Shown: piece by piece, positions 1-9,525 of the stretch | How the letters are laid out: each line of letters begins with the position of its first letter | How positions within the stretch are numbered: position 1 is the first letter of the stretch | Virus record (IMG/VR): IMGVR_UViG_2526164597_000011 | Origin: a virus | Lineage: Duplodnaviria > Heunggongvirae > Uroviricota > Caudoviricetes | Length of the DNA: 29,114 bases | Direction: 5' to 3' (one strand) | Translations under genes and position numbers: made by a program | Notes under the pieces: generated by a model | Databases searched by the model: none | Seen by the model: the letters and a program-made list of their open reading frames with translations, nothing else | Told to the model about the DNA's origin: nothing

Positions 1-324
1 TCAGACATTGAGTTTTACCGGCACTTCTTCTGCACTGGTTCCGGCATCTGCCCATACAACCCCGACCAGCGGATCAGAGCCGCTGTTAGTCAGCTGAACT
101 TTTCCGGACTTCAGATAAACCTTCTTACCCGTTTTCATGTCATCCGTTTTCAGCTTAGGCAGCATAAACACACCTTCGGTTATGCCGTCGCCTGTTTCTC
201 CCTGTGGAATATCGGTCAGCGCCACCGCAAAAACATCACCCACCTGCACCAGATCTCCGCTGCTGATGGCTGCACTGGCAACAATCGCCACCGTTTTTCC
301 TTCTTCTACAAAATTCTTTGCCAT
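1..324 (-). CDS. Small phage head-region protein (possible decoration/DUF2190-like structural protein)
   Basis: Complete ORF with stop at 1-3, immediately downstream of the protease-capsid gene on the same strand. ATG at 324 is preceded by GGAGACAG RBS; the track ORF extends to a TTG at 369. Gly/Val/Thr-rich 107-aa product. Function inferred from position only. Confidence 0.4.
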   Translation of the reverse strand: MAKNFVEEGKTVAIVASAAISSGDLVQVGDVFAVALTDIPQGETGDGITEGVFMLPKLKTDDMKTGKKVYLKSGKVQLTNSGSDPLVGVVWADAGTSAEEVPVKLNV

Positions 325-365
325 AACTGTCTCCGCACAGCCCCGTTCAGGGGCTGATTTCAGGT

Positions 366-388
366 ACAAAAAAAGCCCTTACGGGCCA
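366..388 (-). terminator. Putative rho-independent terminator after the capsid gene
   Basis: Minus-strand hairpin GCCCGTAAGGGC followed by a T7 run (plus strand aaaaaaagcccttacgggc, about 368-386), just 3' of the capsid stop at 411. Confidence 0.35.
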
Positions 389-410
389 TCAGAGTTGTTG
401 TCTGCGACGT

Positions 411-2369
411 TTACGCCGTACATTTCACCAGACCGCGGTGATCAACTGGCGCGACACCGGCGTCAATACGCACTTTCGTTGTCACGCCATCCACACTGAA
501 GCCCTCCATCTGATCAATATATGGCGTATCCACACCGTTGAGATAAGCCACTTCAATCGTATCGGAGCCTTTTGACGCAGCCAGGTAGAAGGTGGTCTGG
601 CTGTTATCATCAAGACGAGGCTCTGCAATAACGGTCGCAAAATCTTTCACCGGGTTAATAATACCGGCGTTAATGTCAGCCCCCTTGACACTTGAGGAGC
701 GAATGACCTGGTTAGCAACAGACTCCATCGCCGTCGGTACCAGTACGAACGCAGGACGAATATTCAGATGACGCTCACCCTCTTTCTGAACGCGCATCAA
801 CTGGCGGGCTTTATCCAGCGATGCCACGTCCATTGCCGCGCTCTCCAGTACGTTTGCATGTTTCGCTTTATCGAACAGACTTACATTATCTGTGGAGATT
901 TTCGGGTTAGACGTCAGAATGGCATAAACCAGATCGGCAATAGTGGATTTCGCCGCACGGCCCAGCTTCATCGGGACATCGGTCAGCATATTCAGATCAT
1001 CATTGATAATGGCCTGACGGGTGATACTGAACAGCTCGCCATAGGTCGCCAGTGCAATAGTGGCCTGTTTATCTCCGGTGGTGACGTATTTATATTCCGC
1101 CCCTTCACGCACCTGACGCAGAGCACTGAAGCCCCCCATACCCACACGATGGGCAATTTTAAAATCAGACAACTGACCTTTCCGCGTCCACTGTTCATAG
1201 GTTTCAGGGGCATCTTCCCAGCCCTGCAGAATGGCTTTGTTCGCAACATCCAGCAGAATATTACCGAAGTCAGACGTACTGTGTGTGAACGCCGCACCGA
1301 CCATCTGCATCGGGTTATAACTGGAAACACCAATACCACGTTCAGTCAGTGACATACGGGCATATTCACGCAGGGTCATCCCGTTGTAGACATTATCACG
1401 TTCGGTTTTTTCAAATCCGGCACGCGCCATCAGCGCCTGGCGGATCCCGTCCCCCACAAAATTACCGTTACCGGCATAAATATGAGCCGGGGTATTTTTA
1501 TTGGATGGCGTGGACTCGCGCCCCATCTCGTTCAACAGCTTTTCGCGGGCCTGCTCCAGCGAACATTCAGGATCGGCAAGACACTGAGCCTGCAGCGTCT
1601 GATAACGCCCGCCAAACATGGCAAACAGATCATTAATACCGTTTACACGCGCTTTTTGCTCTGCCAGTACCTGCGCACGGATGCTGTTTTCATCCACCAC
1701 GGGTGCTGCTGCCTGCACTGGCGTCCGGGAGGCTGCAGGTCCATCATCCTGTACGCGTGGAGCACTGTTGCGTGGCGGAGTAATCATATTTCGAATGGAT
1801 TCCGGCATCTTTTTAAATTCCTCTGTACGTTTTGACTGAATACATGCCATTGCCTTAACGGCTGGTGTCACCTGATCAGCAAATCCATGTGCCAGACATT
1901 CGGCACCGGACATCCAGGTCTCATCCGCCAGCATGGCAGCAATTTCATCGGTGGTTTTCCCGGTTTTCTGTGCATAAGCGGGTAACAGAACCGCCTCAAC
2001 TTTATCGAGCAGGTCGGCATAGGTGCGCATGTCCTCCGCATCACCGCCCGTAAAGCCAAATGGTTTATGAATCATCATGAAGGAGTTTTCCGGCATAATG
2101 ACCGGGTTTCCCACCATCGCAATGACCGACGCCATTGACGCCGCCACACCGTCGACATAAACGGTAATGGACGCACCATGTGTTTTCAGTGCATTAAAAA
2201 TGGCGATGCCTTCAAAGACATCGCCACCCGGTGAATTGATATGGAGATTAATGTGGGTGATATCGCCCAGTGCATTCAGATCACTGATAAACTGCTTCGC
2301 TGTAACACCCCAGAAACCAATCTCGTCATAAATATAAATATCCGCGTCACTCTGGTGACCAGCCTGCAT
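411..2369 (-). CDS. Prohead protease (ClpP/S14-like) fused to major capsid protein (HK97-fold, Mu gpT-like)
   Basis: The N-terminal half has ClpP-like motifs (DADIYIYDEIG, INSPGGDVFEG, SMASVIAMVG). The C-terminal ~300 aa resemble a Mu-gpT/HK97-type major head subunit. The track ORF runs to a TTG at 2630 but overlaps the portal; the ATG at 2369 (MQAGHQSDADIYIY) is the likely start. Confidence 0.8.
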   Translation of the reverse strand: MQAGHQSDADIYIYDEIGFWGVTAKQFISDLNALGDITHINLHINSPGGDVFEGIAIFNALKTHGASITVYVDGVAASMASVIAMVGNPVIMPENSFMMIHKPFGFTGGDAEDMRTYADLLDKVEAVLLPAYAQKTGKTTDEIAAMLADETWMSGAECLAHGFADQVTPAVKAMACIQSKRTEEFKKMPESIRNMITPPRNSAPRVQDDGPAASRTPVQAAAPVVDENSIRAQVLAEQKARVNGINDLFAMFGGRYQTLQAQCLADPECSLEQAREKLLNEMGRESTPSNKNTPAHIYAGNGNFVGDGIRQALMARAGFEKTERDNVYNGMTLREYARMSLTERGIGVSSYNPMQMVGAAFTHSTSDFGNILLDVANKAILQGWEDAPETYEQWTRKGQLSDFKIAHRVGMGGFSALRQVREGAEYKYVTTGDKQATIALATYGELFSITRQAIINDDLNMLTDVPMKLGRAAKSTIADLVYAILTSNPKISTDNVSLFDKAKHANVLESAAMDVASLDKARQLMRVQKEGERHLNIRPAFVLVPTAMESVANQVIRSSSVKGADINAGIINPVKDFATVIAEPRLDDNSQTTFYLAASKGSDTIEVAYLNGVDTPYIDQMEGFSVDGVTTKVRIDAGVAPVDHRGLVKCTA

Positions 2370-2382
2370 CCTGAACCAGGAA

Positions 2383-3645
2383 TTATTCTTCGGACTGGTC
2401 GTCGGTGTACTGCGGCTCCTGTCGTTTCGTTGCGGCACTGCTGCCTCCTTTATCACTGGCCGGATCGGTATCAAATACCAGGTCCAGCTTGCGGTTTTCA
2501 TCAATTTCGGCCTTGCGCCGACGTTTGACATCATCTGGATTACGACCACCTGCACGTACCCAGTCTGATTCTGTCGCCGCTCCACCACGAATCTGAATTT
2601 TCCAGGCCTCAGCCTCCTTAACAGGGTCAATCCACGGCATCACCGGTCCGGAATACACCGCGGTATACAGTGAAGATCGGTCCAGATCGCGGGGTAGCCT
2701 GATAACACCGGATACCACAGCCTGTTTCAGCCAGGCACGATACATCGGACGGGTGACGGCACCAATAAACCAGTCCTGCAGGATCAGGTAGCCATCAGTG
2801 GATTCAACCAGCTCCTGACGCTGGGCGCTGTAAGTGCCGTTATAGTTGCGCGCTGTACTGGAAAAACTCAGACGACTGCCCGCCGCCACGGCACGCAACT
2901 GACCATTACGAAAAGTTTCAAGGTTAGGATTGGGGCGATCCGACTTCACCATTCCGATTTCTTCGCCGGGTTTCAGATCGTCGTAAATAATGCCTGGCTG
3001 AATGGTAAGCTCGCGTTCCTTATCCTTGCTGCCATTACCATCCGGTTCATAGCTCTGCCCGTCGCCTTTGCGGATGTACATCCCCAGAGCAGCGGCGATC
3101 CTTGCTGCAGTCAGCTCAGAATCTTCATACTCTTTCAGGGCACTGAGGCGGATCAGCACACCGGACAACAAAGACGTCCCGCGCATCTGGTGCAGACGGC
3201 GAACAAATTTAAGATGCAGCATTCGCTCTGCATCCACTTCTTTGGTTTCCATCTGCCGTCCGGATACGGGACGGCTTTTATACACCAGATATTTTTCGGG
3301 ACGCCCCCAGTCATCAACAAACACGCCCTGATTCAGCCTGTTGCTCTCATCACTGGTCATGGGAATAAAGTCCGGCTCGAGCGCCTCCAGCCAGAAATGA
3401 ACACCGGCAGAAGGCGTCAGGCTGTTTATGCGCCCGGAAACCATCTGGGCAAACACCTCACCATCGCGCAGCCAGGTACGCAGCATCAGACGCTCCAGCA
3501 TCGGACGGGTAAACTGCCCGGTGACTTCCGGGCTGACAGACCATTCACTCCATCGGGTGCGAATCTCCGCAGCCAGGTCACGGGCAATGGCCCCATTGCG
3601 TAATACCGGATGTGGCTCGACAATAATCCCGTTTTTCCCCACCAC
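2383..3645 (-). CDS. Phage portal protein (main C-terminal reading frame)
   Basis: 420-aa ORF between gpW and the protease-capsid gene, the canonical portal position in the lambda order A-W-B-C. Its only start is a GTG at 3645, and the frame stays open upstream to a stop at 3712-3714. Confidence 0.7.
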   Translation of the reverse strand: MVGKNGIIVEPHPVLRNGAIARDLAAEIRTRWSEWSVSPEVTGQFTRPMLERLMLRTWLRDGEVFAQMVSGRINSLTPSAGVHFWLEALEPDFIPMTSDESNRLNQGVFVDDWGRPEKYLVYKSRPVSGRQMETKEVDAERMLHLKFVRRLHQMRGTSLLSGVLIRLSALKEYEDSELTAARIAAALGMYIRKGDGQSYEPDGNGSKDKERELTIQPGIIYDDLKPGEEIGMVKSDRPNPNLETFRNGQLRAVAAGSRLSFSSTARNYNGTYSAQRQELVESTDGYLILQDWFIGAVTRPMYRAWLKQAVVSGVIRLPRDLDRSSLYTAVYSGPVMPWIDPVKEAEAWKIQIRGGAATESDWVRAGGRNPDDVKRRRKAEIDENRKLDLVFDTDPASDKGGSSAATKRQEPQYTDDQSEE

Positions 3646-3697
3646 CCGTTCTTCCAGCTTGTCAAATACACCAATGACCAGATCGTGGTTGTTATCA

Positions 3698-3892
3698 AGG
3701 TACGAGCCTGCTCACGTAACGACACGGCCCCCGTACTGGCTTAAACTGGTCGGCAGTTCGGTTCTCCCGTCGGGCTTTGTGTGTCCGCGTCGTTTTTACG
3801 GCCTCATAAGCCTGGATCACCGCACGGGAACGCAGCCTTGCCGCTTTCCATCCTGGTGAAAAAACGCCAATCACATCATCAAGAATTGCCAT
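3698..3892 (-). pseudogene. Probable N-terminal segment of the portal gene, in a different frame from the main portal ORF (frame break near 3698-3714)
   Basis: ATG at 3890-3892 overlaps the gpW stop (TGATG coupling) and opens a 65-codon frame (MAILDDVIGVFSPGW...) ending at a TGA at 3695-3697. The main portal frame is open from 3711 downward. The two open frames overlap by only ~14 nt, the pattern expected from a single indel. Confidence 0.4.
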
Positions 3893-4110
3893 CAGAACCT
3901 CGCCAGCCGGTACCCGGGATGCCCCCGTCGTCGTGTAATCAGAGCCGCAAGGCGGCGCTCCCACTCCTGCCGCCCCTGCCGGATCTCAGATAAGTTTTCC
4001 ATGGTCATCTGCTGACCATTAAAAGTGACGGATTTTCCGTCCAGCACCGCCATTTCAGCTTCCGTATAACGCTGAATCATGGCTTCAATATCATTCTGAT
4101 TCATAACCAT
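3892..4110 (-). CDS. Head-tail joining protein, lambda gpW-like
   Basis: 72-aa ORF between terminase large subunit and portal. C-terminus ITRRRGHPGYRLARF resembles the lambda W C-terminus (QRRRGPAGFYV, recalled from memory). ATG at 4108-4110. Confidence 0.6.
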   Translation of the reverse strand: MVMNQNDIEAMIQRYTEAEMAVLDGKSVTFNGQQMTMENLSEIRQGRQEWERRLAALITRRRGHPGYRLARF

Positions 4111-4168
4111 CCTCCGGAAGTCAGCCAGGGGTTAACATCGTCAGTTACTGTTTTCTTCCGTTTTGTTT

Positions 4169-6202
4169 TTAACTAGGCGTGGGTACCGGTTCCGGTGAGG
4201 GTGACGGTTCGGTACTGTCCGGGACACACTCCAGCCAGGTTTCCCGGCTCGCCCACTCCAGTGCATCCGGCCAGCGGATCTTTTCGTATCCATGCAGAAT
4301 GACCAGAGCCTCGGCATACACCATCAGGTCAAAAGCTTCGTTGGCACCGCGACCCGGCTTACTCCATTTCCCGTCACTGCTCCGCTCTTCATACGTCAGT
4401 TCGTCGTAAAACCAGCTCCCCAGCCAGTCAGGGAAATGCACATAGCCGGGACCTAGCGAGTCACGCCATAACGCGTTATTCACCCGGTCTTTCAGGGCAT
4501 CCGTCTGAAGAAGCCAGAGCGGCACATCACCTGCGGCCTGCGCCCGTCGGCCCGTTCGTCCGGTGTTATCAGGGAATGTACGGGTGATCAGTTTTGCTCG
4601 CCGGATGCTGTCGCCCTTAAACAGGTAAATACGTTTACCAAGGCCATCACGACGGCAACGACGCCAGAATTTATAGGCATTATCAGTGACCCCGTCTTCA
4701 CCGCCGGAGTCCACCGCCATTGCCATCAGTCGCATTTGTTGAGAAGGGTCGGAGGCCAGCGGCCAGCTTTTATGAAAAACATCCGTCAGCAGGACATCCC
4801 AGTCTTCCGGATAGCTGGCCGGATCAATTCGCTGGCTCTCCCCGTCGCTGTCACCGCGCAATGACTGCGTGATGTTGTAACGATCAATAATCCAGCGTTC
4901 GCCACGGCTGCCATAGCCCGTTACCTGAACCACAAAACGGCGATGACGTCCCGCCTGCACATCCACTGTCGCCACAAGGAAATTAACGCCATCCGGCACA
5001 CTGCGGGAAGGAACTGGCTCTGCCCGCTGCTCAAGCAATTCACTTTTTCGTTGCTCCATGCTGGCGCGGGGAAGATAAGGTAATCCCCAGTCGGTATTGA
5101 TAACCGTCTTGAGTGTCTCTTCACTTCCGGTTGTCTCGTATTCCTGTTCTGCAGTAAGCAGTTTGTAAACGAGTTGCGAGAGTGTCTGATAAGCAGCTGC
5201 CGGACCCTCCATCCAGAATGACGCAATACGTGAACGCCGGGGATCACCATAACGACTGCCATCTGCATTGATGGATTCACCATCCCGTAACCAGACCCCA
5301 CGTCCGTTCAGCTCGCGTTTTTGTTCAGGCAAAATCCGTCCTGAACAGGAAGGACACTGAATATAAGCCGCCTCACTTGCCAGCACAGGATCGGCAATAT
5401 CACGGAAACCAGCAACCACATCGCCGCAGGGCTGAAAATACTCACCACAGTGTGGACAGGGCCAGTACCAGCGACGGCGATCGCCACGGTTATAGAGCGA
5501 CAGTATCCCCGTGGTTGGTGGAGCCTCATGCGGTGAAGTCCGTCGCCATTTCACATCCTTCACATCCCTGCCGGGGGAACTCTCCACCAGCGTCATACCA
5601 CTGGACATAAATGTGGTGGTACGTTTTGAGGCAAGAGAGAAGGCATCCCCCTCACCATCAATATCTTCCGGAAAACGGTCATAATCCGTCAGCGCCACGC
5701 ATTTATAATCTGATGAAGACATGATATTGACTGACGGCCAGCCGATTTTCAGGTAGTTGCCAGCAAGGAATGTTCTGTCATAAACGTTGTTGTCATTTTT
5801 GTTCGGACTCAGGCGACTGACCACTTCCGGGCTGACGCGAAACGTTCTGGCGAGTCGTTTTTTGGAGTGTTCGCGGGCTTTTTCCTCCGTCATCTGAATG
5901 ATCAGCATATCAGCAGGATCGCAAATCACGTTGTAAATCACCCAGCCGTCAATCAGGCCGATAGTCTTGCCGGTTCGTGCCGGGCCAACAAATATCACTG
6001 CGTCGTATTCACGCGAGGCCAGGCAGTTCATAGGCTCAATAACATACGGTGCCACCAGCGGATCCCATGGGACTGAGTTCCCTGCCCCCATGGGCACCCG
6101 CATATACTGAGCAACGGCATCAGCAACCCGCATTCGTCTCGGTGCGCGAAGGATATAACCTGAATCGGTTCGTGCTGCCTTTGCGGTTTCCTGATTCAGC
6201 AT
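4169..6202 (-). CDS. Terminase large subunit (lambda gpA family)
   Basis: 677 aa. Contains a Walker-A-like VGPARTGKT and a CPHCGEYFQPCG zinc-finger motif comparable to CPHCGEEQ in lambda gpA. The ATG at 6202 overlaps the upstream small-subunit stop (TAATG). Confidence 0.9.
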   Translation of the reverse strand: MLNQETAKAARTDSGYILRAPRRMRVADAVAQYMRVPMGAGNSVPWDPLVAPYVIEPMNCLASREYDAVIFVGPARTGKTIGLIDGWVIYNVICDPADMLIIQMTEEKAREHSKKRLARTFRVSPEVVSRLSPNKNDNNVYDRTFLAGNYLKIGWPSVNIMSSSDYKCVALTDYDRFPEDIDGEGDAFSLASKRTTTFMSSGMTLVESSPGRDVKDVKWRRTSPHEAPPTTGILSLYNRGDRRRWYWPCPHCGEYFQPCGDVVAGFRDIADPVLASEAAYIQCPSCSGRILPEQKRELNGRGVWLRDGESINADGSRYGDPRRSRIASFWMEGPAAAYQTLSQLVYKLLTAEQEYETTGSEETLKTVINTDWGLPYLPRASMEQRKSELLEQRAEPVPSRSVPDGVNFLVATVDVQAGRHRRFVVQVTGYGSRGERWIIDRYNITQSLRGDSDGESQRIDPASYPEDWDVLLTDVFHKSWPLASDPSQQMRLMAMAVDSGGEDGVTDNAYKFWRRCRRDGLGKRIYLFKGDSIRRAKLITRTFPDNTGRTGRRAQAAGDVPLWLLQTDALKDRVNNALWRDSLGPGYVHFPDWLGSWFYDELTYEERSSDGKWSKPGRGANEAFDLMVYAEALVILHGYEKIRWPDALEWASRETWLECVPDSTEPSPSPEPVPTPS

Positions 6203-6697
6203 TACTCCTCCTGCTGTAATTCCTCCTCATCATCCGCACCTGCTTCAGTCACCCGCAGGGCTACCTGATCGCGCAGATCATCAATAATGGACTGAACACG
6301 GCTCACAGCGGCAGGCTGCAGACCGCAGTCACGTTCAAGAATATCCGGTAATGTCTCCAGCACCTGCACGACCGCTTTTGCCCAGATGGCAAACTCCCGT
6401 CTGACATCACTGGCCGGAATGAGTTGTGCCGTTTCCTGTTCGAACTTAAGACGCTCACGTTCAGACTGATACCAGGCTTTGCGCTCATGTGCGTCCATTT
6501 CGCCTTCTGCAACCGGCGGTGGTAATGCCAGAAATGCCGACACAATATCAACCACCCGATAAAGCTTGAGGTTGCTTTCATGCCCCCCCTGCAACGGGTA
6601 GATTTGGCAGCCTTGCCGCAGCAGTCTGGCGATGTACACCTGACAGTGCCGCCAATTGACTGATATTCAGCGTCAGATTTTTTAACTCTCGATCCAT
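6202..6697 (-). pseudogene. Terminase small subunit (Nu1-like), frameshifted in a homopolymeric tract
   Basis: ATG at 6695-6697 opens a 39-codon frame (MDRELKNLTLNISQLAALSGVHRQTAAARLPNLPVAGGA*) that stops at 6578-6580. The rest of the protein (…GGHESNLKLYRVVD… to the stop at 6202) is in another frame. The two frames join inside a C7 run at 6583-6589 (G7 on the coding strand). Removing one G gives a continuous ~165-aa product collinear with lambda Nu1 (…PVLRGGGKGNEVLYD…). Confidence 0.7.
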
Positions 6698-6859
6698 ACC
6701 CGCTCCAGAATGTTTTAAACATGCATCTTGCGAACGACTTTAGGCAAACGGTGTTAGTGATGAACAAAAAACAATCAAAATCGACACCACAAAAATAAAA
6801 ATACTGTAATATCAATCTATTACAGTAGTGGTGATGACGGATGAAATTTCAAAAACTAG

Positions 6860-6945
6860 CCTTTTTCCGCGACGCTCCCGCCCCGTGGCAGGGACCCCCA
6901 CTGGGAGGACCCGACAGCCTGACAACCGTGACGAGCATCTGAAAC
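6860..6945. other. Candidate cos (cohesive end / terminase recognition) region
   Basis: GC-rich block (cgcgacgctcccgccccgtggcagggacccccactgggaggacccgacagcc) inside an otherwise AT-rich non-coding stretch, ~170-250 bp upstream of the Nu1-like start. This matches the lambda cosN-cosB-Nu1 layout. Positional inference only. Confidence 0.25.
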
Positions 6946-7249
6946 AGAGCGTTACATAATGGCATGGGGATAATTCAGAAGGACATCACAGCATGCCCAC
7001 ACAAATTAGTGTGAGTGTCCTGTTTCTTACTACGCGCAGGACTGACGAGCATGAGGGGAAAATACGCGAACCGAAATGCCTTATCTTCAGAAATGCAGCC
7101 GGCATCCGAACTGGACGATATTGTAAATTCACCTAAATACGAGGCATTGCTGTAGTTGAATTGCAGTACTGTATTAGCCTTACAGTGACAGAATACGATA
7201 TTGACTCTGTCACTTGTGAAATGGTCAGAATGGTTAGCAGTTATGGTGA

Positions 7250-7456
7250 TCAGTCAACCACCAGGGAATAATCCTTCGTATTCTTATCGTGCTTTACTAA
7301 CGCGGCCTCAATTGCCCTGAATGCTTCCAGAGATACTTGATGTTCTATACATGCAATTACAACATCCGGGTAACCCATCGAAATGGTGCTATTAAGCATA
7401 GTTTTTACACGAACCTGCTCCTGGGAGGGGGCATCAGTGTATTGATCTTTATGCAT
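7250..7456 (-). CDS. Hypothetical small prophage protein
   Basis: 68-aa ORF with an ATG start, isolated in an AT-rich accessory region between the cos region and gnsB. No recognisable motif. Confidence 0.35.
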   Translation of the reverse strand: MHKDQYTDAPSQEQVRVKTMLNSTISMGYPDVVIACIEHQVSLEAFRAIEAALVKHDKNTKDYSLVVD

Positions 7457-7751
7457 TTTGTCGCTCCATTCGTTTGCTCTTCACTTGCGGCTAAAAATAT
7501 AACGTCAAATCACTCAGCATGAAAGAGTGAAAGTTTCAGCGCGTTTCCCTTACATAATCTGTCGTTTGTATTCTCTTCAGGCATACCGGAAAGACTAGGT
7601 ATTGTCACACAACCAATACCATCGACAATCGAGATTTATATCTATTCAGTAATGTTTAAATATAACAAAACCCCGTAAAAACGAGGTTTATGGGTAATTT
7701 GTATTGTTGAATAGCATCTGATGAGAAATTGATGCTAATACTATAAACATG

Positions 7752-7925
7752 CTAGATTAAATCAATCTTGATATCATAGCTTTCAAGACCAGTCATTTTT
7801 TCCCGTGCAGTAAACTGGATACTGGTAACTTCTTTCCCGGTCTTTTTCTTAAGCTCAATGATTTTTTTTGTTATATATTCAGAAATATCTGCTTCTGTTT
7901 TTGTTTTTAACTCTTCAATGTTCAT
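7752..7925 (-). CDS. gnsB: GnsA/GnsB family protein
   Basis: MNIEELKTKTEADISEYITKKIIELKKKTGKEVTSIQFTAREKMTGLESYDIKIDLI matches the Gns family as remembered. Two tandem ATGs at 7928/7925; the track ORF's upstream extension to 8018 is probably non-coding. Confidence 0.65.
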   Translation of the reverse strand: MNIEELKTKTEADISEYITKKIIELKKKTGKEVTSIQFTAREKMTGLESYDIKIDLI

Positions 7926-8097
7926 CATTTCCTCTTTTAGTCTGTTATGACTGTCCTGGTACACAGTAGTGTCAATTATATGGAGCAAACGTATAAAAGA
8001 TAAGATGAAACATCGCAATAATCAACATACGACGGTCTAAATTTCACACAAACAGATAAAGATGATTATCATTTATTATCAATGCATTAGAATCAAA

Positions 8098-8328
8098 TCA
8101 ATTCAAGAGTCTCATTGCTGCTTCCAGAATTTCTTCTGAAGTTACATGTCGATCCGCTGCTACATAAATGACTTTATGATCTCCGGTCAGAGATGGAAAC
8201 CCTGCAGCCATTACAGTGAGGTGTGTTGTTTCGCCATTTGGATATTCACGCATGATGGTGTTAACTCCGGTCATCACTGGCACTACCATTGCTGGTTCAG
8301 AGTTAAAAAAAACTATTATTTTTTTCAT
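8098..8328 (-). CDS. ynfN: YnfN-like small prophage protein
   Basis: MKKIIVFFNSEPAMVVPVMTGVNTIMREYPNGETTHLTV… with an ATG at 8328. Lies between gnsB and cspI, as in Qin-type prophages. Confidence 0.45.
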   Translation of the reverse strand: MKKIIVFFNSEPAMVVPVMTGVNTIMREYPNGETTHLTVMAAGFPSLTGDHKVIYVAADRHVTSEEILEAAMRLLN

Positions 8329-8372
8329 AATGTTACCGTAATATGTGAGTATCCATCGACTAGACACTAAGC

Positions 8373-8392
8373 AAAAAAGCTCCCGAAGGAGC
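8373..8392 (-). terminator. Putative rho-independent terminator downstream of the cold-shock gene
   Basis: Minus-strand hairpin GCTCC-TTCG-GGAGC followed by a T6 run (plus strand aaaaaagctcccgaaggagc). Confidence 0.35.
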
Positions 8393-8599
8393 CTTCATTT
8401 TCACTTTCTTAAATCTAACGACAGATGGCTAACATTTAAGTATTGTGAAATATTATCAAATGTAATCATCATTGATTTACAAAAGATACATTTTGCCCCG
8501 AAAGGATTTCTGTCAGAAACATCAAAAGATGATGTTCTATACTGAGAACCATGGCAACACGGGCATCTAAAGTGAATATGGTTTGTAATATTTTCTACC

Positions 8600-8812
8600 T
8601 CAAAGTGCCACTACATGAACAGCTGCAGGGCCTTTAGGTCCGTTCTCAATACCAAATTCGACTTCCTGATTCTCAGTTAACGTTTTGAAATCGTTGCTCT
8701 GAATAGCTGAGAAATGCACAAACACATCTTTGCTACCATCTTTCGGCGTGATGAAACCAAAACCTTTTTCAGGGTTAAACCATTTCACTAAACCAGTCAT
8801 TTTGTTAGACAT
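8600..8812 (-). CDS. cspI: Cold-shock protein (CspA family, CspI/CspB-like)
   Basis: [38 protein letters not shown]… carries the RNP1/RNP2 cold-shock motifs (KGFGFI, VFVHF). About 190 bp of AT-rich leader lies upstream, typical of csp genes. Confidence 0.85.
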   Translation of the reverse strand: MSNKMTGLVKWFNPEKGFGFITPKDGSKDVFVHFSAIQSNDFKTLTENQEVEFGIENGPKGPAAVHVVAL

Positions 8813-9021
8813 CATTATTACCTTTTGAAGAAGTTAGCCCTTGGGCAGAATGGTCCGAAAAAAAATATCAGAGAGAAAAACCAACAAGGAAATCTCAAGA
8901 GGTACAAATAATAAAATTATAACAATGACTGCTTCAGATAATTTTGTAACAAACCAGAACACCATTAACGCATGATTAACCAACCATAGCAAGGATTACT
9001 TTTGTAGGTAATGACTCCAAC

Positions 9022-9525
9022 TTACTGATAGTGTTTTATGTTCAGATAATGCCCGATGACCTTGTCATGCAGCTCCACCGATTTTGAGAACGACAGTGAC
9101 TTCCGTCCCAGCCTTGCCAGATGTTGTCTCAGATTCAGATTATGTCGCTCAATGCGCTGAGTGTAACGCTTGCTGATAACGTGCAGCTTTCCCTTCAGGC
9201 GTGATTCATACAGCGGCCAGCCATCCGTCATCCATACCACGACCTCAAAGGCCGACAGCAGGCTCAGAAGACGCTCCAGTGTGGCCAGAGTGCGTTCACC
9301 GAAGACGTGCGCCACAACAGTCCTCCGTATCCTGTCATACGCGTAAAACAGCCAGCGCTGACGTGATTTAGCACCGACGTAGCCCCATTGTTCGTCCATT
9401 TCAGCGCAGACAATCACATCACTGCCCGGTTGTATGCGCGAGGTTACCGACTGCGGCCTGAGTTTTTTAAGTGACGTAAAACCGTGTTGAGGCCAACGCC
9501 CATAATGCGTGCACTGGCGCGACAT
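9022..9525 (-). CDS. insB: IS1 InsB (catalytic part of InsAB' transposase, produced by -1 frameshift)
   Basis: 167-aa ORF that overlaps insA in the -1 frame. Sequence is typical of IS1 InsB (…[42 protein letters not shown]…). Confidence 0.95.
   Translation of the reverse strand: MSRQCTHYGRWPQHGFTSLKKLRPQSVTSRIQPGSDVIVCAEMDEQWGYVGAKSRQRWLFYAYDRIRRTVVAHVFGERTLATLERLLSLLSAFEVVVWMTDGWPLYESRLKGKLHVISKRYTQRIERHNLNLRQHLARLGRKSLSFSKSVELHDKVIGHYLNIKHYQ

Noticed and set aside
768-2053. Multiple plus- and minus-strand ORFs (768-1352, 992-1339, 1349-1636, 1482-1835, 1618-1839, 1865-2059) inside the protease-capsid gene
   Set aside because: All lie within and antisense or out of frame to a long, well-supported structural gene. 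They lack RBS-preceded ATG starts and are typical shadow ORFs of GC-rich coding sequence.
3068-3859. Plus-strand ORFs of 87-143 aa overlapping the portal gene
   Set aside because: They sit antisense to the portal coding region, have no recognisable motifs, and their starts are not preceded by ribosome-binding sites.
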